The notes beneath the pieces were generated by a model, which worked only from the letters and a program-made list of their open reading frames with translations, made no database searches and had not been told where the DNA came from. A stretch of DNA of 20,000 nucleotides from an uncultured virus (IMG/VR IMGVR_UViG_3300028854_000016). Lineage: Duplodnaviria; Heunggongvirae; Uroviricota; Caudoviricetes. The DNA lies in the IMG/VR virus record IMGVR_UViG_3300028854_000016, positions 52,595-72,594 of that record; one strand, given 5' to 3'. Positions 13,860 through 20,000 of this stretch are shown here, piece after piece. The position numbers and the translations under genes were made by a program. Every line of letters starts with the position of its first letter. Positions within the stretch are counted from its first letter, which is position 1.

Positions 13860-16048
13860 TGAATTCAACACAAGATTGCATATTGGGAGTATTGTCAGGG
13901 ACAAAATATGTTTTGAAGTATGAAGGTATTGAAGCATATTTAGTGTCTATAAAAAAGAGTGGGTTTAAAGGTAGAAAAGTGATGATCGTGTGGAACATCC
14001 ATCCCATTGCACGAAAATTATTACAAGAATATGGTTTTGAATTAATTGATGTAAAGTCAAAATCTCATAATGAATCATTCTTTCATGCTAGAATAAGAGT
14101 AGCCCAAGAGTATCTTGGAAATCATTATAAAGAATTTCGTTACATTTTCTGGTTGGATATCAAAGATGTAGTTCTGCAATCTGATCCAAGTATTTGGATG
14201 GAAGAAAATATTGGAAATTATAAATTAGTTGGGTCCACAGAATGTGTAACTATTGAGCAAGAAGAAACTAATCAGTTATGGGCCAGAGACGTGCTTGGAA
14301 AAGATCGTTACGAAGAAATAAAAAATGAAGAAGTAATTAATGGTGGAACTTTTGCTGGAGAGGCAAAATTAATTGCAGAATTGTTTCATCAGACTTATTT
14401 AATTACAAAAGAATATTCTGGACCTCATCCTCCGTGCCAACCAGCAATAAATTATGTTTTTAGACAGCACCCATTTTCAGATCATTTGTATATTCCTAGA
14501 TGGTCTAAAAGTTTTGCAGCATGTTTACATCCAGTTTGGTCATGGAGCGCCAGAGAAAAATTAAGATTCTATTTAAGAGATAAACCCCCAGTGCTTAATA
14601 TGGAAACTGGTATTTTATATCCTGGAACAATCAGTGATCCAAAAAATGATATGATTGCTTTTAATCGTTATTCATTGGAGATAATTTCTGCTGAAGCAGG
14701 ACCAATGATTGGCTGCGAATGCGTAAAATCGACAAACACTAAACCATTTGCCATAGTTCATGGATATGATAGAGATTGGCAGATAAGGGAATTAATGGAA
14801 TCAAAATATACAATGGAGTATAAAGTGAATAATAAAGTTTCTATTTTTACACCAACACATAATTCTGAATTTTTACCAGAAATTTATAAAAGTTTGCAAG
14901 CACAAACAGACCCAGATTGGGAATGGATTATCATTTATAATCATGACGGGAAACCATTAACTTTTAATGATGACAGAGTAAAAGGATATGTAGTTTACAA
15001 TGTTCCAGAATGGGTTGGTCCTCTAAAAGCAATGGCATGTGAAAAAGCTACAGGAGATATTCTTTTAGAACTCGATCATGATGATTTACTTATGCCAACA
15101 GCTATTGAAGAAGTAAAAAAAGCATTTGAAGATCCTGAAGTTGGATTTGCATATTCAAATACTATTCATTGCACTGGAGATTATCAAAAAATTGATAGAT
15201 TTAGCACTTATTATGGATGGAAATATAGAGAAGTAGAATTTCAAGGACATATTTTAGATGAGCATATTTCATTTGAACCTACTCCTGAGTCTATATCTAG
15301 AATTTGGTTTGCTCCAAACCATTTAAGAGCATTTCGACGTTCAGCTTATGATAGTGTAGGCGGATATAATATGGAAATGAGAATTTTAGATGATTTGGAT
15401 TTAATGTGTAAGTTGTATAGAGTTACAAAATTTAAGCATATAGACAAAGGGTTATATATCTATCGAGTACATGGAAACAACACTTGGATAAAATATAATG
15501 CAGAAATTCAAAACAACGTTTATAGAATTTATGATCAATATATAGAAAGTTTGGCAGAAACTTGGGCTGAAAATTCTGGTCTTAAAAAAATAGAAGTTGG
15601 CGGAAGAATGGCTGCTAAATTTGGTTATGAAACTGTAGATTTAAAAGACGCAGATATTATGTGTGATTTAAATGGAAGATGGCCATATGCAGATAGTTCT
15701 GTTGGAGTAATTAGATCATTTGATGTTTTTGAGCATTTGCTTGATCCAATTCATACTATGAAAGAACTTCAAAGAGTATTAGCGCCAGGAGGTTGGGCAT
15801 TTATACAGGTTCCCAGCACAGACGGAAGAGGAGCTTTCCAAGATCCTACGCATAAATCTTTCTGGAATATTAATTCTTTTAAATATTATACTGAAGCTAA
15901 TATGGCAAAATATATTGATAATCCAGTTAGATTTCAAGCACCTAGATTATATGACACAGATAGAAATCCAGACGGAGTAATTTGGACTAGAGCGCATTTA
16001 ATTTGTTGTAAAGATGGGTATCGTCCTTGTGGAGCATTAGATATTTAA
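13859..16048 (+). CDS. Three-domain fusion: GT-A-like glycosyltransferase + GT2 glycosyltransferase + class I SAM methyltransferase-like domain
   Basis: N-terminal part: WLDIKDVVLQSDP, INGGTFAG, IVHGYDR. Middle: VSIFTPTHN, ELDHDD, VGGYN...DDLDL, YRVH. C-terminal part: IEVGG, FDVFEHL, RVLAPGG, QDPTH. Confidence 0.85.
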   Translation: MNSTQDCILGVLSGTKYVLKYEGIEAYLVSIKKSGFKGRKVMIVWNIHPIARKLLQEYGFELIDVKSKSHNESFFHARIRVAQEYLGNHYKEFRYIFWLDIKDVVLQSDPSIWMEENIGNYKLVGSTECVTIEQEETNQLWARDVLGKDRYEEIKNEEVINGGTFAGEAKLIAELFHQTYLITKEYSGPHPPCQPAINYVFRQHPFSDHLYIPRWSKSFAACLHPVWSWSAREKLRFYLRDKPPVLNMETGILYPGTISDPKNDMIAFNRYSLEIISAEAGPMIGCECVKSTNTKPFAIVHGYDRDWQIRELMESKYTMEYKVNNKVSIFTPTHNSEFLPEIYKSLQAQTDPDWEWIIIYNHDGKPLTFNDDRVKGYVVYNVPEWVGPLKAMACEKATGDILLELDHDDLLMPTAIEEVKKAFEDPEVGFAYSNTIHCTGDYQKIDRFSTYYGWKYREVEFQGHILDEHISFEPTPESISRIWFAPNHLRAFRRSAYDSVGGYNMEMRILDDLDLMCKLYRVTKFKHIDKGLYIYRVHGNNTWIKYNAEIQNNVYRIYDQYIESLAETWAENSGLKKIEVGGRMAAKFGYETVDLKDADIMCDLNGRWPYADSSVGVIRSFDVFEHLLDPIHTMKELQRVLAPGGWAFIQVPSTDGRGAFQDPTHKSFWNINSFKYYTEANMAKYIDNPVRFQAPRLYDTDRNPDGVIWTRAHLICCKDGYRPCGALDI

Positions 16049-16063
16049 ATACAAAAACAAATA

Positions 16064-16094
16064 AAAAATGGCCAGATAAAATCTGGCCATTTTT
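16064..16094. terminator. Bidirectional terminator; palindromic repeat copy 3
   Basis: AAAAATGGCCAGAT-AAA-ATCTGGCCATTTTT between convergent genes. Confidence 0.85.
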
Positions 16095-16106
16095 ATTGAA
16101 TTTAAA

Positions 16107-17567
16107 TTATTCAAATAATCCATTAATCATTACTGTTCCTTGAAATTGTTCTGAACCAGTCGCTGTTCCTACTGGAACACAAAGAATAATGTGAACATAG
16201 TTTCCAGCTTCACACATCAATGGATAAGGAAATTGAATATCCAAATCAGTTGTAGTTTGTCCAATTACAGCACCCACTGGAAAATATTGTTGTCCAAGAT
16301 CAACAACGCGAGGAGCTTTTGCAGCAGCACCTTCAGCGCCAGTTAAAACGTTTGTTGAACTTCCTACTCCAATAGCCCATTGCAGTACTGTTGGAGTAGT
16401 TGCTACAACCGCACCAAAGTTCATTGTTGAAATGTGTATTCCTCGAATATATAATGTTTTTCCAGGAACGTTTGCTGAAGCAACTGGCACTTGAAAAGCA
16501 AATAATGGAAAGTCAGTTACAGCAGCACCAACCGCAGTAAAGTTAAATCTTCCACCTAACTTGGTATAGTTTGGTGTAGCTATGTTTAATGCTGTGTTTA
16601 CTGCTCCAGTGCTGTTAGTGTGGTTTGCAGTAGAACCAAAAGCACCAGTTCCAGATTGGCCTTGAATTGAACTTGCGCCAAGACCAGCAAGTGTCATTTC
16701 ATATGCACGGTTGGTATTTAAGTCAGGTTGCCAACATGAGCATGAGAAGATACCCAATTGGACAGCTAATGCTGGAGCAATAGAAGTACTATTATATACT
16801 CGAAATGATATTGGCAAATCTTGTGTGATAACTGGCAAACCTGCTCCAGAAGGTGTTGCGACAATAGCTTGAAGAATGTTGTTAATCCAAAATTCAACAA
16901 ATGCACGACCTATAATAATTCTGAATTTATATGTAGTATTAGCTATTGGAGGAGTAAGAGAGACAGTGTTGTATGTTTCAGTTCCGTTGAAGTTTACAAC
17001 ACAAACAAAATTTCCTGCTGCATTCCAACGAAAGAACACACCATCAGTTGGAGCGGCTGTTGTTGCAGCATAACCTAAACCAATTTCTACAGTAGAGTTC
17101 GGAACAATGTTGGATGCTGCTTGATATGCAGCCACAGTTTCAAATATTGTGCAAAAACCAGAATAAATTGGAAATGTTCTCCAAGTTTTTAATACAGCAG
17201 TTGCGCTTGTAGCTGTAGATGATCCAGAATTTAAAGTCTGTTTTCCATTAGCCTGTGATTGGGTAAAAGTAGTTAAGGCAGTATTCCATAAAGCAGTATT
17301 AGTTGCAGAACCATTGAATACTTCGTTAAATAATAAGTTATCCATTCCTACTTGAAGTCGGCGGAATTCGTGAGCATTTAAAGCGCGATTAAGTGGAGTT
17401 CCAGTAATAAGACCAGCATCAGCTTCAGCGACAAGTCTCTCTCCTCCACCAATGTTAGTAGGAACGCTGCTTGCATCCTGTGTTTTTGGTGTAACAGTTA
17501 GCTGACGATTTAAAGTATCAACTTCTGCGCCGTTTCCTGATGAAAATCCTTGTAATGCTAGTGCCAT
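16107..17567 (-). CDS. Putative virion structural protein with a beta-sandwich (ConA/lectin-like) domain, paralog B
   Basis: T/A/G/S-rich; DGVFFRW...YKFRIII...VEFWINN. GGGAG RBS before ATG 17567 (track start 17582). Confidence 0.65.
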   Translation of the reverse strand: MALALQGFSSGNGAEVDTLNRQLTVTPKTQDASSVPTNIGGGERLVAEADAGLITGTPLNRALNAHEFRRLQVGMDNLLFNEVFNGSATNTALWNTALTTFTQSQANGKQTLNSGSSTATSATAVLKTWRTFPIYSGFCTIFETVAAYQAASNIVPNSTVEIGLGYAATTAAPTDGVFFRWNAAGNFVCVVNFNGTETYNTVSLTPPIANTTYKFRIIIGRAFVEFWINNILQAIVATPSGAGLPVITQDLPISFRVYNSTSIAPALAVQLGIFSCSCWQPDLNTNRAYEMTLAGLGASSIQGQSGTGAFGSTANHTNSTGAVNTALNIATPNYTKLGGRFNFTAVGAAVTDFPLFAFQVPVASANVPGKTLYIRGIHISTMNFGAVVATTPTVLQWAIGVGSSTNVLTGAEGAAAKAPRVVDLGQQYFPVGAVIGQTTTDLDIQFPYPLMCEAGNYVHIILCVPVGTATGSEQFQGTVMINGLFE

Positions 17568-17597
17568 AATAGTCTCCCACAATATTATTTATGATTT

Positions 17598-19070
17598 TTA
17601 TTCATAAACTCCATCAATAATTACTGTTCCTTGAAAATCTTGGTTTGCTGTAGTTGCTCCAACTGGTATGCATACACCGACATGAACAAAACATAAAGCT
17701 TCGCACATTAATGGATAATAAAATTGAATATCTAGATCAGGTGGAGCAAATCCGATGGGGGAACTTGTAGGGAAATATTGCATTCCCAAATCAAGAATTC
17801 TTGGAGCCTTTGTCGCAGTTCCTTCTGCTTGCGCCAAAGTTGCTGATGAACTTCCAACACCAATAAACCATTGAAGAGTTGATGGGGTTGTTGCACTAAC
17901 AGCTACAGCAGACGCTTGGTTTCCAACCATTGTTGAAATGTGTATTCCTCGAATATATAATGTTTTTCCAGGAACGTTTGCAGCAGCAGTTGCTCCTGCT
18001 TGCAAACCAAATACAATATAATCTGTGACTGCTCCAGCAATCGATGCAAATAAAAATCTACCACCTAATTTTACATATTCAGCAGTTGTATTGGCCAAAG
18101 CTACCGCAGTTGCAGCAGTACTAATAGTGTGATTTGCTGTTGATCCAAATGCTCCTGATCCAGATTGACCTTGTGCTGAACTTCCCCCAAGACCAACAAG
18201 AGACATTTCATAAACTCGTTCTTCATAAAAATCAGATACATAAACACTAGTGGAAATAACTGATAATTGAACGGCTGATGTTGGTGAAATAGAAGTACTA
18301 TTATATACTCGAAATGATATTGGTAAATTTTGTGTTATTATGGGAAGTCCTTGTGTACCAGGAGGAGAAATAATAGCTTGCAAAATATTATCAATCCAAA
18401 ATTCAACTTGGTCAATTCCTGAAACAATACGATATAGATGAACAGAATTTGCAGTTGGGGGAGTTAAATTATTTGAAAAAGTTTCTGATCCTCCACTATT
18501 TTGGACACAGAAGAAATTACCACCAGACCATCTAAAAAATAATCCGTCAGTTGGTGTTGCTACGTTCGTTGCAACATATCCAAGACCAAGTTCAACTACT
18601 GTATTGTTTATGTTTCCTGATGCTTGATATGATGCAACCATCTCAAAAGAAGTTGTAAAACCAGAATATATAGGGAAAGTTCTATAGCTTTTTACAACAG
18701 CATAAGTGCTTGTAGCAACAGATAATCCAGCATTTAAGGTCATCTTGCCGCCAGCTTCAGTTTGAGTCATTGTTGATAATACAGAATTCCAAATTGCAGT
18801 ATTTACAGCAGCACCATTAAATACTTCATTAAATAATAATGTATCTGCACCAGACTGTAATTTGCGAAATTCTAAAGAATTTAAAGCTTTAGTGGTTGCA
18901 GAGCCAGATACTAAACCAGCATCAGTCTCCACTACTAACCTTTCTCCTCCAGCTATATTAGTCGGTACGCTCGATGAATCTTGAGTTTTTGGGGTTATAT
19001 TAAACTTACGATTCAAAGAGTCATTTTCTGCTCGATTTTGTGTTGTAGAGCCAATAAGATTAAATGCCAT
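17598..19070 (-). CDS. Putative virion structural protein with a beta-sandwich (ConA/lectin-like) domain, paralog A
   Basis: Colinear paralog of 16107-17567 (shared LFNEVFNG, RTFPIYSGF, LPISFRVYNSTSI, GKTLYIRGIHISTM, YPLMCEA). Likely start is ATG 19070. Confidence 0.65.
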   Translation of the reverse strand: MAFNLIGSTTQNRAENDSLNRKFNITPKTQDSSSVPTNIAGGERLVVETDAGLVSGSATTKALNSLEFRKLQSGADTLLFNEVFNGAAVNTAIWNSVLSTMTQTEAGGKMTLNAGLSVATSTYAVVKSYRTFPIYSGFTTSFEMVASYQASGNINNTVVELGLGYVATNVATPTDGLFFRWSGGNFFCVQNSGGSETFSNNLTPPTANSVHLYRIVSGIDQVEFWIDNILQAIISPPGTQGLPIITQNLPISFRVYNSTSISPTSAVQLSVISTSVYVSDFYEERVYEMSLVGLGGSSAQGQSGSGAFGSTANHTISTAATAVALANTTAEYVKLGGRFLFASIAGAVTDYIVFGLQAGATAAANVPGKTLYIRGIHISTMVGNQASAVAVSATTPSTLQWFIGVGSSSATLAQAEGTATKAPRILDLGMQYFPTSSPIGFAPPDLDIQFYYPLMCEALCFVHVGVCIPVGATTANQDFQGTVIIDGVYE

Positions 19071-19072
19071 AA

Positions 19073-19555
19073 TTAATACCACCACCAATTAGCATAAAAA
19101 TTTCCAGTTACATATGTATCAGTTGAAGCAGTTATAGTAAAACCTATGCCAGGAGTTATATTTCCACCAATTAGGGACATATCAGATAAAGTATATTCAT
19201 CTTGAGAATGGCCACTCGCTGGAGGATTGGTGGAATCCAGCCATACTAAAAGATTTGAAGTTGCTAGTATATTTGCTTGTCCTGTAATATTTTTTGTTGT
19301 ATAATTACTTCCTGGGGCTGACCCAAAATTTATCGCTACATTATTTCCAGTAGCACCTATTGTTCCAATTGGTCCTTGTGTCCCTTGTGGACCAGCAGCC
19401 ACATAAGGAAGGGAAGCCCACAAAGAAATACCATTTCCAAGTTTAAAATTGTTTGTATCACTTTCTAGTCCCAATTCTCCTGCAAGCAATAAAGGATTAT
19501 TGGCAGTCCAGTTGGCTGCTGTGTCGTACCTAAATTGGAATCTGGCAGAAATCAT
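19073..19555 (-). CDS. Fibre-associated protein with Mtd_N / phage-hyaluronidase-N-like domain and short collagen segment
   Basis: RFQFRYDTAANWTANNPLLLAGELGLESDTNNFKLGNG...W..LPY followed by GPQGTQGPIGTIGATG; AAGGAG RBS. Confidence 0.8.
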   Translation of the reverse strand: MISARFQFRYDTAANWTANNPLLLAGELGLESDTNNFKLGNGISLWASLPYVAAGPQGTQGPIGTIGATGNNVAINFGSAPGSNYTTKNITGQANILATSNLLVWLDSTNPPASGHSQDEYTLSDMSLIGGNITPGIGFTITASTDTYVTGNFYANWWWY

Positions 19556-19604
19556 AGTGATTTATTTCTCCTTGCTTTATATAATTTTCTTAATTGTATT
19601 TATC

Positions 19605-20000
19605 TTAGACAGACGCTCCCATAACTAATTGTAATACATAAGCGGATGGTAGAGTATTGGCATATCCTCCAAAATATGATGTTAAGTTCCCGCCAGGAGT
19701 TCCTTGATTGCCTTGATTGCCCTGCGCACCAGTTACACTAGCTCCTTGATTGCCTTGATTGCCTTGATTGCCTTGATTGCCCTGCGCACCAGTTACACTA
19801 GCACCTTGATTTCCTTGATTGCCCTGCGCACCAGTTACACTAGCACCTTGATTTCCTTGATTGCCCTGCGCACCAGTTACACTAGCACCTTGATTTCCTT
19901 GATTGCCCTGCGCACCAGTTACACTAGCACCTTGATTGCCTTGATTGCCTTGATTTCCCTGATTTCCTTGCGCACCAGTTACACTAGCACCTTGATTTCC
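19605..20000 (-). CDS. Collagen-like (Gly-X-Y) fibre protein, 3' end (5'-partial)
   Basis: Open frame from the window end: (GNQ)n-GASVT-GAQ repeats, ending GTPGGNLTSYFGGYANTLPSAYVLQLVMGASV*. Confidence 0.85.
   Translation of the reverse strand, partial: GNQGASVTGAQGNQGNQGNQGNQGASVTGAQGNQGNQGASVTGAQGNQGNQGASVTGAQGNQGNQGASVTGAQGNQGNQGNQGNQGASVTGAQGNQGNQGTPGGNLTSYFGGYANTLPSAYVLQLVMGASV
19701..20000 (-). repeat. Nested 9-bp / ~42-bp coding tandem repeats (collagen GNQ and GASVTGAQ)
   Basis: CCTTGATTG/CCTTGATTT runs interspersed with GCGCACCAGTTACACTAGC. Confidence 0.95.

Noticed and set aside
1397..17078. Short antisense or out-of-frame ORFs in the track (e.g. 1397, 2035, 2137, 2330, 2879, 4089, 6229, 6914, 8459, 8758, 10364, 10507, 10637, 10767, 11178, 11702, 13457, 16821, 16876)
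   Set aside because: They overlap better-supported genes or promoters and show no recognisable motifs.
16107..19555. Diversity-generating retroelement (Mtd_N domain plus repeated segments)
   Set aside because: No reverse transcriptase in the window; the shared patches are identical rather than showing adenine-specific mismatches.
1..20000. Full genome-wide TAG recoding (code 15)
   Set aside because: All long replication, enzyme and virion genes are intact under code 11; only two suggestive TAGs were found, kept as a weak finding.

Overview
A 20 kb AT-rich segment of a large T4-like (gp17/gp32/UvsX/UvsY-type) tailed dsDNA phage genome. Left (1-5570): 3' end of the terminase large subunit, a 526-aa hypothetical, gp32-like SSB, a UvsX/RecA recombinase fractured into two genes by a naturally split intein with a decayed Vsr-like homing endonuclease between the halves, and UvsY. 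Middle (5590-12890): a divergently transcribed accessory region of small ORFs driven by sigma70-like promoters, several apparently leaderless. It includes a GIY-YIG nuclease and a 22-aa tandem-repeat protein. About 13 of these small proteins end in the same register-locked C-terminal motif (hydrophobic-x-x-K/R-L-x-x-stop), the most unusual signal in the window. Right (12900-20000): an RmlD-like sugar reductase and a three-domain glycosyltransferase/methyltransferase fusion, converging on minus-strand virion genes (two ~490-aa paralogs, an Mtd_N-type fibre protein and a collagen-like protein). All family calls come from motif recognition by eye; no database search was run.
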